From Chthonomonadaceae bacterium (lineage in GTDB: Bacteria > Armatimonadota > Chthonomonadetes > Chthonomonadales > Chthonomonadaceae), in assembly GCA_035650735.1 (NCBI GenBank), contig DASRGZ010000204.1, positions 1 through 48,986 of the forward strand: 48,986 nucleotides of DNA, read 5' to 3'. A model generated the notes under the pieces. The model was given only the letters and a program-made list of their open reading frames with translations. It was not told the origin of the DNA and searched no databases. This document shows positions 40,137-48,986 of this stretch, one piece after another (the first letter of the stretch is position 1; each line of letters begins with the position of its first letter). The position numbers and the translations under genes are program-made.

Positions 40137-40282
40137 CGGGCATTTTACGGCCAGGAGAGGGCGCGGCGTTTAGATCGTATGGCAGGAAAGGAGAGGCATC
40201 GGCCTGCCCCGGCGCTTGTCATTGGCAGGCCGATGTAAAGGGAAAAGGCAGAAGGATAATGGGCCCATCGTTGCGCCGTCGA

Positions 40283-40519
40283 TCAGGCTGCGACTCTTTC
40301 CGCTTCGGCAGGCTGGGAGACCGTTTCTCCTGCCAGCGCCACCTCGCAGATGTGATCCAGGCGGATATCGTCGGCATCGGTGATGAGATAGCCTCCATAC
40401 AGTGGCACATAGGTAGCATCGTATATTTTGGAAACGACCAGCTGCTCCTTGCCCGATCGGTCGCGCCATCGGATAGAGCAGACTTGGCCGATATAGGTCT
40501 TGGCTTCCGACAGTAGCAC
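40283..40519 (-). CDS. Small hypothetical protein (78 aa)
   Basis: AAGGAGG RBS before GTG; beta-rich small domain. Confidence 0.7.
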   Translation of the reverse strand: MLLSEAKTYIGQVCSIRWRDRSGKEQLVVSKIYDATYVPLYGGYLITDADDIRLDHICEVALAGETVSQPAEAERVAA

Positions 40520-40678
40520 GTTTCGTCCTCCTTATGCACTCTCGCGCCGACGTTCTCCATTAACGGCTTCTGCGTCCCCCGTTTCTATCCGTCGAACTAC
40601 CGGTTCTGTGCAGAAAACGGGGAACAGGGCGCGGCGGCAGAGCGCGCAAGGCCGCCAAAAATTACGGCGGCAGTACCC

Positions 40679-40707
40679 TTGATTTTCGCCGGGCGCTGTG
40701 ATATACT
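40679..40707 (+). promoter_or_regulatory. sigma70 promoter of the tRNA
   Basis: TTGATT-17 nt-TATACT with extended TG. Confidence 0.7.
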
Positions 40708-40737
40708 ATCGTCGGTCAAAATGCGATACCTAAATAG

Positions 40738-40809
40738 GGGGCTATCGGCTAGCGGTCAGGCCGCCGGGTTCTCAGCTCGGTAACCGGGGTTCGATTCCCC
40801 GTAGCCCTA
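40738..40809 (+). tRNA. tRNA-Glu(CTC)
   Basis: Acceptor GGGGCTA/TAGCCCT; anticodon arm ccggg-ttCTCag-ctcgg; T arm cgggg-TTCGATT-ccccg; CCA not encoded. Confidence 0.96.
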
Positions 40810-40814
40810 CTTCC

Positions 40815-40860
40815 AAAGCAAAGGCTGGATGCGCCGATGGCATCCAGCCCTTTTGTTTTT
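40815..40860 (+). terminator. Rho-independent terminator after the tRNA
   Basis: ggctggatgc-gccgatg-gcatccagcc stem followed by a T-rich tail. Confidence 0.85.
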
Positions 40861-41012
40861 GGCTCCTACTTTTCTCCCCGCCGTCTCGGTGTCTCCGCGC
40901 CTCTCACGCTCAATTAAGCGGGATTTTACACTCTTCGCTGGGATAGATACCTATTTCAGCACAAACCGCACTCTTCAACTTAACGCAGCGCAGCGGACGG
41001 TTGACGCGGCTT

Positions 41013-41906
41013 TTAGAGCCCGGCCATTTTGCGCACGGTATCCCAGGCGTATTGGGGCGTGCGAGTTGAGCCATGCTCCATGCCGATATCGCCGGCGTAG
41101 CCGACGCGGCGCAGGAAGCGGAAGATGTTGACGTAGTTGGTCTCACCGCTGCCCGGCTCTTTGCGGCCCGGCACGTCCCCGATCTCGATGAACCGAATAA
41201 GGCCCTTGCGCAGCCCCTCGGCAAGGTTATTGAGGAGATTGCCTTCCCCCAATTGACGGTGATACAGGTCGTAATCCACTTTGATGCGTGGATGATCGGC
41301 AGCGGCGGCGAAATCGAAGGCTTCGCGCGCCGTCAGCATGGCCATCTGGGGCGATTCGACCCGGTTAAGCGGCTCCAGGGTGAGATAGACGTTGTGCTTC
41401 TCTGCGATGGCGCCTGCTTTTTTCAGCCCGGAGACGATCTGCTCGCGCTGCTGCTCGCGGGCAACCTCCGGCTCGACAGCGCCGACGAAGGTAATCAGGT
41501 TCTCCGCACCGAAGCGGTTGGCAACCTGGCAGACCTCCTCAATGTCCTCCAGGAACGCCTGCTCATGGCCCGGTTTGGTCAGGCCGGTGCTCCAGCCCGT
41601 GCGGGGATTGCCGGAGATGCTGACGCAGCGCAGGCCGTGTTTGTGGTGGACCTCCAGCATCTTATCCAGAGGCTTGCCCTGCCATCCCCAGAAGCCGTAG
41701 CGGTTGGCCCCACAGCGGGCGACGGCTTCCAGGCGCTCCTCATAGGGCATGGTTTGGGGAAACATCAGCTCCAGGTTGATCGCCAGGTGATAGCGGGGCG
41801 GCGGCAGCGCCTCCTCCTCGGGCGCGGCTTGGGCTGCGCCCAGCGTCGCAACCAGCGGCGCGACGGCAGCGGTGGTCAGGAATTGGCGCCGTGTGCTTTC
41901 CATCAT
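41013..41906 (-). CDS. Hydroxypyruvate isomerase-like TIM barrel (AP endonuclease 2 family) with Tat signal
   Basis: TRRQFL; LTLEPLN, DLYHRQ..EGN, DVPGRKEPGSGETNY, IGMEH motifs. Confidence 0.9.
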   Translation of the reverse strand: MMESTRRQFLTTAAVAPLVATLGAAQAAPEEEALPPPRYHLAINLELMFPQTMPYEERLEAVARCGANRYGFWGWQGKPLDKMLEVHHKHGLRCVSISGNPRTGWSTGLTKPGHEQAFLEDIEEVCQVANRFGAENLITFVGAVEPEVAREQQREQIVSGLKKAGAIAEKHNVYLTLEPLNRVESPQMAMLTAREAFDFAAAADHPRIKVDYDLYHRQLGEGNLLNNLAEGLRKGLIRFIEIGDVPGRKEPGSGETNYVNIFRFLRRVGYAGDIGMEHGSTRTPQYAWDTVRKMAGL

Positions 41907-42027
41907 GATTCCTCCAGATGTAGTGAAATTCGGCTGTTCGATTGGCTGAGGCGGTGAAACAGGTGCTCGCAGCCACTTCGTAAATTTCCAATCTCGGAGA
42001 ATGACGAGGGTACTTCGGCGTGGATGT

Positions 42028-42750
42028 TCAGGCGCGGCCATAGACGGGGAGGGAGGCGCCGCTAATGTCGCGGGCCGAGTCGGAGGCCAGGAATGCGATC
42101 ACGTCCGCCAGCGACTCTGGGGCGACCCATTTGCTAAAGTCGGCGTCGGCCATGGCCTGCCGGTTGGCGGGTGTGTCTATCACGCTGGGCAGCACGGCGT
42201 TGACGGTGATGCCATGCTCCAGGAGTTCCGCCGCCATGCTCTCGGTCAGGCGCAGCACGGCGGCTTTGCTGGCGCTGTAGGCGGCTATGCCTGCCGGGCC
42301 GCTCAGGGCTGCCCGTGCCCCGACGTTGATGATTCGGCCTTTGGTTTTTGCCCCAACCATGGCGCGCGCCACGGCGGCGCTGAGCAGGAACGCGGTTTTG
42401 GTGTTGATGGACAGCATGGCATCGAGATCGCCCATATCCATCTCATGCACCGGGCCGCTGAAGGCAAACCCCCCGGCAATGTTGGCCAGAATATCTATCC
42501 GCCCGAAGGTCGCCGCCGCCTGCGCGACAAAGGCGTCCACCGCCGCTTTCTGCGTTAAATCCAGCGCGCCGATGAGAACGGAACCTTGCTGTAACCCCAG
42601 CTCGGCGCTCACTTTCCGCAGCGCCTCTTCCCGCTGATCTATCAGGGCCAGGCGGACGTTTTCGGCGTGTAGGCGGCGCGCGACCGCCCTGCCCAGGCTG
42701 CCGCCCGCTCCGCTGATGATCGCGACCTTACCGCTCAGTTCCGGATACAT
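42028..42750 (-). CDS. Short-chain dehydrogenase/reductase
   Basis: SGAGGSLG, ANIAGG, YSASK, VNAVLPSVIDTPANR motifs. Confidence 0.93.
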   Translation of the reverse strand: MYPELSGKVAIISGAGGSLGRAVARRLHAENVRLALIDQREEALRKVSAELGLQQGSVLIGALDLTQKAAVDAFVAQAAATFGRIDILANIAGGFAFSGPVHEMDMGDLDAMLSINTKTAFLLSAAVARAMVGAKTKGRIINVGARAALSGPAGIAAYSASKAAVLRLTESMAAELLEHGITVNAVLPSVIDTPANRQAMADADFSKWVAPESLADVIAFLASDSARDISGASLPVYGRA

Positions 42751-42847
42751 CGGCTCTTCCTTCCCTTCGTCTCCTTGTACTAGGATGGGAAACGCCCGAC
42801 TGTGTCTATCGAATAGCGCGGCGGCAGGCTCGCCAGGTGAACTCCCA

Positions 42848-43282
42848 CCTAACCCCCCGGCCCCCACTGCCAGGGTTGGCGCTCAACGGTTCGGGCCACT
42901 GCCAGGGTCGGGCCTGCAATAATTCGGCCCTCCGCCTCGCGACACCTTGCGGCCCTACTGCGTTCGCTCCGCTCACAGGGAAGGGGGTAACCCGGCTTCT
43001 GCTCTCCTCCAGACCTCACCCCCTGCCCCTCTCCTTCGTAAGGAGAGGGGAGAGTCGGAGTTGGCTTCTGCTCTCCCTTCTCCCTTGCAGGGAGAAGGGC
43101 CGGGGATGAGGGTAGAACCCAACTTCTCCTCTCCCTTCTCCCGCAGCGCCGGAGGTCGCAAGGTGTCGCGAGGCGGAGGGCCGAATTATTGCAGGCCCGA
43201 CCCTGGCAGTGGCCCGAACCGTTGAGCGCCAACCCTGGCAGCCCATTGCAGGCCCGACCCTAGCAGTGGGAAGGGAGTGAGG
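42848..43282. repeat. Large nested palindromic REP/MITE-like family A composite
   Basis: About 42868-42951 is an inverted copy of about 43156-43240; internal ccctctccttcgtaaggagaggg hairpin; shares modules with 24833-25014. Confidence 0.85.
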
Positions 43283-43305
43283 GCGATTTATGGTTGAGGC
43301 CCTGC

Positions 43306-44286
43306 TTAGAGCCGCCAGTCGGCCAGAAGCTCTTCGGGGGTGACGGTGGCGACGCCGACCTTGCGCACCACGCAGGCCGCCGCATGGTTGGCAACCTCGG
43401 CAGCCTCTTCCACTGAGGCGCCCGCCGCCAGGCCGAGCGTGATGGCGCTGATGACCGTATCGCCCGCACCGGCCACGTCGTAAACCTCGACGGGGTGGGC
43501 CGGAATATGGCGTATGCTGCCGTCGGCGTGCCAGATGGAGAGCCCTTTGGGGCCGCGCGTGACGACGAGCGTTTCGACATGCAGTTGCCGTATCAGCGCG
43601 GCGCCCGCTTCATCCAGCCCGTCTTCGTCGGCAAAGCGCGGGTCGTCGGCGGTGGTCTGCGCTTCCACCTGGTTGAGGGAGACCAGCTTTGCGCCTGCCA
43701 GCGTGCGCACGTTGGGCGGCTTCGGGTTGCTGGTCAGGATGCGGCCCGCCTCGCGGGCGATCTGGACGGCGGCGCGGGCCACCTGCGCCGTCAGAACCCC
43801 CTTGTTGTAGTCGGAAACGACCACCGCCTCCGCCTCGGAGACCTCGCGCCGGAGATGCTCTATCAGGCAGTGGGCCACCGAGGGAGAGATGGGATGGGTC
43901 TGCTCGCGGTCCACGCGCAGCACCTGCTGGCTGTGGGCCACCACGCGCGTCTTGCGAGTGGTAGGGCGCGAGGGGTCGATGACGATGCCGGTCACGTCGG
44001 CGCCGCGCGCTGCCAGGTCGGCCCGCAGGGTTTCGCCAGCCAGGTCCTGGCCGATCACGCCGATGATAGCCACGCGCGCGCCCAGCGCCAGCAGGTTGTT
44101 GACGACGTTGGCCGCACCGCCGGGAACGCAGCGTTCTTTATCCACCTCCACCACCATCACGGGCGACTCGGGCGAGATGCGCGTAGCCCGCCCCAGCAAG
44201 TACTCATCCAGCATCAGGTCGCCCAGCACCAGGATGCGGCGGTCGGCAAAGCTATGCACGAGCCGTTGGTAGTATTCCAGCCTCAT
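43306..44286 (-). CDS. rfaE1: D-glycero-beta-D-manno-heptose-7-phosphate kinase (HldE/RfaE domain I, PfkB family)
   Basis: GDLMLDEY..G...RISPE.PV, GGAANV, TTRKTRV, SDYNKGVL, EVYDVAGAGDTV motifs. Confidence 0.92.
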   Translation of the reverse strand: MRLEYYQRLVHSFADRRILVLGDLMLDEYLLGRATRISPESPVMVVEVDKERCVPGGAANVVNNLLALGARVAIIGVIGQDLAGETLRADLAARGADVTGIVIDPSRPTTRKTRVVAHSQQVLRVDREQTHPISPSVAHCLIEHLRREVSEAEAVVVSDYNKGVLTAQVARAAVQIAREAGRILTSNPKPPNVRTLAGAKLVSLNQVEAQTTADDPRFADEDGLDEAGAALIRQLHVETLVVTRGPKGLSIWHADGSIRHIPAHPVEVYDVAGAGDTVISAITLGLAAGASVEEAAEVANHAAACVVRKVGVATVTPEELLADWRL

Positions 44287-44369
44287 ATCCGGTCTCTTCC
44301 CTCTGCTATCCAGGATACCCCAATTCCGCGGCGAATGCCACCGTCAGCGTGCGTTTTGCCAGGGCCAGG

Positions 44370-44469
44370 CGCTAAAAAATACCCATCTCAGGGGAGCAAC
44401 TCCTCGCAAAACATCGTCTGGCGTTGTCCTGACTGCAACGCTAAAAAATACCCATCTCAGGGGAGCAAC
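44370..44469. repeat. Repeat-spacer-repeat unit: 31-bp exact repeat, 38-bp insert
   Basis: cgctaaaaaatacccatctcaggggagcaac at 44370-44400 and 44439-44469. Confidence 0.92.
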
Positions 44470-44491
44470 GCCGCTCCCGAGATGGGTATTT
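44443..44491 (-). terminator. Rho-independent terminator downstream of the nucleotide-sugar dehydrogenase
   Basis: aaatacccatctc(ag)gggagc / gctcccgagatgggtattt stem with a T6 tail on the minus strand. Confidence 0.8.
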
Positions 44492-44576
44492 CAATGTCCG
44501 GCCCACAATTTGACATAACCCCTGCACAGGGGGGCTGTCCTCTAGCAGCCCGGTCCTTTAGGGCCGGGCTGCTAGG

Positions 44577-45914
44577 TTAAAACGAATAGGCGTGCGAGAC
44601 GCCGGCGCGGATGTCTTTGAGCGCGTTGCGGGTATCCATAATCAACGGCGCGTGCTCGGCGATGAAGTGCCAGTCATAGCTGCTGTGGTCGGTAACGATA
44701 ACGCAGCAGTCGGCGGATCGGAGCAATTCGGCAGAGAGCGGGACGGAGTGGAACGTCACCTTGCGGCCCTTAACGGTCAGCTCCAGCGAAGGGATATAGG
44801 GATCATGATAGCAGACGTTCCCGCCGCGCGCGCTGAGCAGCTCGATGATCCGCAGGGCCGGCGACTCCCGCAGGTCGGCCACGTCGCGCTTATAGGTCAC
44901 GCCCAGCACCAGGATGCGCGAGCCGTTGATGCACTTCCGGTGCTCGTTGAGCACGGAGGCGACCCGATTGCAGACGAAGTAGGGCATGTTGTCGTTGATG
45001 CTGGCGGCCAGCTCAATGAACTTGACGTGGAAATCGTAGTGCTTGGCTTTCCAGGCCAGGTAGTGCGGGTCCACGGGGATGCAGTGCCCGCCCAGGCCGG
45101 GGCCGGGATAGAAGGGCATGAAGCCGTAGGGCTTGGTGGAAGCTGCCTCAATGACCTCCCAGACGTCGAGCCCCATGCGATTGCACAGCAGCGCCAGCTC
45201 GTTGACAAAAGCGATATTGACGCACCGAAATACGTTCTCGTAGATTTTGACCATCTCGGCGGCGGTGGGAGAGGAGACGGGCACAATCTGTTTGATGAAG
45301 CTGCCGTAGAAGGTGATGGCAGCCTGCGCGCACTCCGGAGTCAGGCCCCCGACAACCTTGGGGATGTCGGTCAGCTTGTAGCGCATATTACCCGGCTCCA
45401 GCCGCTCCGGCGCAAAGGCAAGCTTAAAATCCTGGCCCGCCTTCAGCCCGCTCGCCTCCAGGATCGGCTGCACCACTTCGACGGTGGTGCCGGGGTAGGT
45501 GGTGCTCTCCAGCACGATCAACTGGCCGGGCCGCAGTGCGCGCGCCACCGACTGCGCCGCCGCAATCACCGGACCCAGATCGGGCTCTTTGGACTGGTTG
45601 ATTGGGGTAGGAACACAGATCAACACGACATCGCATTCCGCCAGGCGCGTCATATCGTGGGTAGCGCCAAATCGTTCCAACCGGATGAGGGCGCTTAAAT
45701 CGTCGTCGGAGACATCCGCCACATGCGAGGCCCCGCTATTGAGACGCTCTACCCGCTCGGCGTCAATATCAAAGCCCAGTACGTGCCAGCCGCTGCGTGC
45801 GGCGGCGACCGCCGTTGGCAAACCGACATATCCCAGGCCGATGATACCGGCCACTCCAGGGGTATATTCCAGCGCGGAGGCCGTAGCTGTTGGGGTCGTT
45901 AATTCCATCTCCAT
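44577..45914 (-). CDS. Nucleotide-sugar dehydrogenase (WecC/WbpA/TviB family)
   Basis: GLGYVGLP, ICVPTP, ESTTYPGTT, PGPGLGGHCIPVDP, DLRESP motifs. Confidence 0.95.
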   Translation of the reverse strand: MEMELTTPTATASALEYTPGVAGIIGLGYVGLPTAVAAARSGWHVLGFDIDAERVERLNSGASHVADVSDDDLSALIRLERFGATHDMTRLAECDVVLICVPTPINQSKEPDLGPVIAAAQSVARALRPGQLIVLESTTYPGTTVEVVQPILEASGLKAGQDFKLAFAPERLEPGNMRYKLTDIPKVVGGLTPECAQAAITFYGSFIKQIVPVSSPTAAEMVKIYENVFRCVNIAFVNELALLCNRMGLDVWEVIEAASTKPYGFMPFYPGPGLGGHCIPVDPHYLAWKAKHYDFHVKFIELAASINDNMPYFVCNRVASVLNEHRKCINGSRILVLGVTYKRDVADLRESPALRIIELLSARGGNVCYHDPYIPSLELTVKGRKVTFHSVPLSAELLRSADCCVIVTDHSSYDWHFIAEHAPLIMDTRNALKDIRAGVSHAYSF

Positions 45915-46025
45915 ATCCTCCTGATTATGAATCCAGCCCGGACGAGAAATAGGGTGGATACGCCTGGCCGTGCGTAAGGGGACGGCGCTACGGAAGCATC
46001 CTGAATAACAGCATAAGGTTGGTTA

Positions 46026-46042
46026 TACAAGATGCGTGCCAA
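46026..46042 (-). promoter_or_regulatory. sigma54-type promoter
   Basis: Minus strand TTGGCACGCATCTTGTA (perfect -24; -12 is TTGT rather than TTGC). Confidence 0.55.
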
Positions 46043-46326
46043 ATCCTCGCAAAATACACTTTTCTCTGCGAAAAAAGTGCAGCCGCAAGGCGTATCGCGC
46101 TTCTAGCCGTCCCCGCGCCGTGCTTTCTTCCCTATACAATGGCCGCAACGCCTGCAAGCTAGGTTCTCAGGCTTTCTTCTTTCTGAAAATGAGGTTGCAG
46201 CGCTTGCAACGGCATGAATGACTGTGCCGGGCTGAAGGCTTTTCGGTATAAACTCGGTATAAAAGCGTGGCCGCAACTACGGACAAGCCGATGGCGGCAG
46301 GCCAATCGGCCTGAAGACAGCCGGGC

Positions 46327-48750
46327 TTACTCTTGCAGACGCGCCAGCAGCCGCAGAGCACGCTCCTGCATGTGGTCGGCAGCGGTGCGATCCTTGGGGC
46401 TTTCCCAGGCCAGGTCTTTCTCGCCGGAAGGCGGCAGCACGCTCCGGACTCCTGCGGTGAGGAGGTCTTCGGCTTCGTGCGCCAGCGGGTCCTGCGGGGC
46501 GCGTTCCCGGCGCCGTGCGGCGGCGCGGGCCAGCATGGCCAGCGTGGCGTAGTCCTCCACGCCTTCCCGAATGGCCTCCATCTGCTTGGCGGTCGTGACG
46601 CTCTCGGACGCGATATACAGCGGCGTCTCCGGCGTGCGCACGGCCAGGTACGGGTTCCAGCTGGGCGCCTCGCCTGTGGCGGTAAACGACCAGAAGTGCT
46701 CCTCCCGCGCGCCGATGGCAAAGCACTGCCAGGCTTGCAGGCGGTAGAAGGCGTAGGGGTCGCGCGGCGCGTGCAACCCGCTGGCCGTGTACAGTCCCAG
46801 CCGTTTGCCCCGGGCCTGCCAATCCCGATAGAACTGCGCGAACGCCGGCCCCGACTCCAGCCACTGAATGCGATTGGGACAGAGAATATCGCTCAGCGCC
46901 GGCACCTGCGGGTCCATCTGGCGCGGGTCGGGCCAGATCGGGTCTTCAAAGAGCAGCACCTGCGGGGCCGTCTGCTTGATGACCTGAGCCCAGGCAGCGA
47001 AGCGCTGGTCACGGGCAGGCGAGTTGGGCTCATCCACCAACAGGAGGGCCAGTTGTCCCGCGCGCAGGCCCCGCTCCTGGGCGTGCCGCCACCAGAAGCG
47101 AATCCACTCCGAGACTTTGCGGGCAAACTCCGGCGTGCCCATGCGCGCGCCCTCAAACGTCTCGCCTGCCTCCACATAGATCGCGTAGCGGCTCGCGCCC
47201 TGCCAGTGGGCGAGCCAGTCATCGAAGCGGGCCGTATCGGGTTGGGCGGTCATGTTTCCGCCGGCATCGTAGCGCCCTGCGGTCAGCAGCCCGGGGGAGC
47301 CCCAGGGAATGTCCACCAGGTGCTCCTTCAGGGCGGCGATGAGCGCGTCTCGATTTTGCGGCGTGACGCCCTCGCCCCGCTCGCGGTCGGTATAGTCCCA
47401 CCCTCCCAGGTGCAGCGCCTCCGCGCGGGAGAACTTCACCGGCGCCACATACAGATGAAGCACGATCTCATGGGAATTTCCGGCCTCGGTTTCCAGCACA
47501 ATGCGCCCGTTGTAGTCGCCCGGCGGCAGGGAGCCGCCCGCATGGATATTGAGCCATAGCTGCCCGAGCAGGCCGGAAGGAACCATGATCGAATAGACGC
47601 CGCCCTCCCGCCGTACCTCCGGCAGAGCGGCGGCGACCGCTTCGCCGGAGCGCGTGTCCGTCCAGACGGCCTGGCGCACCTGAATATAGTCCGGGTTGGC
47701 GCCGCCCGGCAATCCGGCGATATGCACGCGCACCGTAACGGGCTGCTCCCGCCCGTTGATCAGGTTGACGGCGACGGGCCGGGTCACTCCTTGCATCAGG
47801 GCCACCGAAGCGCTGTTCCGGGCCGGGTTGGGAAGGGGATGGTCCGTCAGGTACGGCACCGGATCGTAGGGCGAGGCGGGCACCCAGGCCGCAAACGCGG
47901 GCACGCCTGCAGCTCGCCACAGCCGCGCCTGCGCCTGAAGTAGCTGCGCATGCCGCGTATTGAGCGGGAGGGTAGCGCGGAAGCTGCCGGGAGCGCCCTC
48001 GGGCCATTCCCCGGCTTCGGCAGGCGTGTTCTCCAGATCGCGGCGCAGGCGGGAGCGTTCCGCCTCAGGGATGGAAGCGCGCTCGGCGAGCTGGCGCAGG
48101 CGCTCTTTATCGGTTTGCAGGCGGCGCGCGATGGCCTCGCGGAGCATCAGGCTGCTCATGTTGGAGACCGGCCTGCCGGACAGAGGCTCTCTAAGCATCT
48201 GCGGCGTGCCCTGGTAAATCTCGACCTCATCCGTAAAGATAAAGTCCCCCTGTCCCGTTACCACAAAGCGGACCCAGCGCCCATGCGTATGCCATTGATC
48301 GGTCCAAAAGCGATAGAGGGCGTACCCTTGCTGGGGAGGCGGGCCGTTCTGGGCATTGCTTGCCGCTACCAGGTCGCCGACGGGATGCCAGTTTTGCTGA
48401 TCCAGGCTCGTGAGCACCAGGATAGAGGCGGGCCACTGCACGCCGCCTCCACCCGCCGCGGTATTGAATGACGCGCCTGAGATCGGCATGTCGCGCCCCA
48501 GATCCACGGTGATCGTCACTGGGCTGATCCGGCTCCAGCCCACCGCGCTCTTGTGTGTCCACAAGCGGCCGTTGGCGTCGGCATAGCGGCCATCGGTCAA
48601 TTGCACGCTGTCTTCAAGGTCGGTCGTAAGGGAGTAGTTGGGAGGCGGCGTCAGCGTATAGGGACGATGCAGGGCAATATTATTATGGGCTTGTGCAACG
48701 CAGAACAAGAGGAGAACATTATACAAGGTGATCAAATATCCGTGTGACAT
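46327..48750 (-). CDS. Secreted carbohydrate-active-like protein (N-terminal F5/8-like domain, C-terminal DUF4091-like)
   Basis: Signal peptide; QLTDG, ITVDLG, GRWVRF, DEVEIY; LVDEP; EAIREGVEDY. Confidence 0.72.
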   Translation of the reverse strand: MSHGYLITLYNVLLLFCVAQAHNNIALHRPYTLTPPPNYSLTTDLEDSVQLTDGRYADANGRLWTHKSAVGWSRISPVTITVDLGRDMPISGASFNTAAGGGGVQWPASILVLTSLDQQNWHPVGDLVAASNAQNGPPPQQGYALYRFWTDQWHTHGRWVRFVVTGQGDFIFTDEVEIYQGTPQMLREPLSGRPVSNMSSLMLREAIARRLQTDKERLRQLAERASIPEAERSRLRRDLENTPAEAGEWPEGAPGSFRATLPLNTRHAQLLQAQARLWRAAGVPAFAAWVPASPYDPVPYLTDHPLPNPARNSASVALMQGVTRPVAVNLINGREQPVTVRVHIAGLPGGANPDYIQVRQAVWTDTRSGEAVAAALPEVRREGGVYSIMVPSGLLGQLWLNIHAGGSLPPGDYNGRIVLETEAGNSHEIVLHLYVAPVKFSRAEALHLGGWDYTDRERGEGVTPQNRDALIAALKEHLVDIPWGSPGLLTAGRYDAGGNMTAQPDTARFDDWLAHWQGASRYAIYVEAGETFEGARMGTPEFARKVSEWIRFWWRHAQERGLRAGQLALLLVDEPNSPARDQRFAAWAQVIKQTAPQVLLFEDPIWPDPRQMDPQVPALSDILCPNRIQWLESGPAFAQFYRDWQARGKRLGLYTASGLHAPRDPYAFYRLQAWQCFAIGAREEHFWSFTATGEAPSWNPYLAVRTPETPLYIASESVTTAKQMEAIREGVEDYATLAMLARAAARRRERAPQDPLAHEAEDLLTAGVRSVLPPSGEKDLAWESPKDRTAADHMQERALRLLARLQE

Positions 48751-48788
48751 AGGTAACTCTCCTTGGTTAACGCTTCCCAGAGGCCCGG

Positions 48789-48805
48789 CGCAAGGCGTAT
48801 GCCGG
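48789..48805 (-). promoter_or_regulatory. sigma54-type promoter
   Basis: Minus strand CCGGCATACGCCTTGCG = GG-N10-GC, about 40 nt upstream of the ATG at 48750. Confidence 0.5.
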
Positions 48806-48843
48806 GCTTCTGGGAGACTATCTCCCTCTATCTGATTGCGCTC

Positions 48844-48986
48844 TTAAGCCGACGCGGGGACGCTGGCATGCCTCTCCAGAACATCTAGTATCCGCTCGGC
48901 CGCCTGCCCATCCCACAACTCCGGGATCCGTCCCCCTGGATGCTTGCCCTCCAACACGGCCTCCACCGCCGCTGCCACCGCGCACG
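48844..48986 (-). CDS. wecB: UDP-N-acetylglucosamine 2-epimerase, 3' end (partial)
   Basis: Manual translation ...GRIPELWDGQAAERILDVL...; PELWDG.AAERI is the WecB C-terminal motif; stop TAA at 48844-48846. Confidence 0.8.
   Translation of the reverse strand, partial: CAVAAAVEAVLEGKHPGGRIPELWDGQAAERILDVLERHASVPASA

Noticed and set aside
40738..41013. Integrative element at tRNA-Glu
   Set aside because: No integrase and no duplicated tRNA 3' end seen in the window.

Overview
GC-rich bacterial chromosomal window. Gene content (DUF1559 prepilin-like, TPR and CRTAC1 cluster, DUF4159, FapA) suggests Armatimonadota or a similar lineage; this is inference. It holds atpD-atpC, a 6S RNA, tRNA-Glu(CTC), sugar catabolism enzymes, a glycosyltransferase cluster with a sigma54-type promoter, a 1069-aa outer-membrane barrel-like protein, and several REP/MITE-like repeat families. 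Two signals stand out. (1) Seven intergenic repeat-spacer-repeat micro-insertions (643-742, 4471-4646 with 4511-4608 nested inside it, 19780-19866, 39445-39540, 39580-39678, 44370-44469). In each, a different 27-36 bp sequence (a promoter, terminator arm or hairpin in several cases) occurs twice around a unique 33-40 bp insert. This matches the geometry of ectopic Cas1-Cas2 spacer integration (neo-CRISPR arrays), although no cas gene lies in the window. (2) A cryptic selenoprotein: ORFs 12295-12555 and 12571-13446 form one reading frame split by an in-frame TGA at the thioredoxin-like active-site position (R-C-U-G-G), followed by a SECIS-like hairpin. A glyoxalase gene scrambled by two compensating frameshifts is also present.
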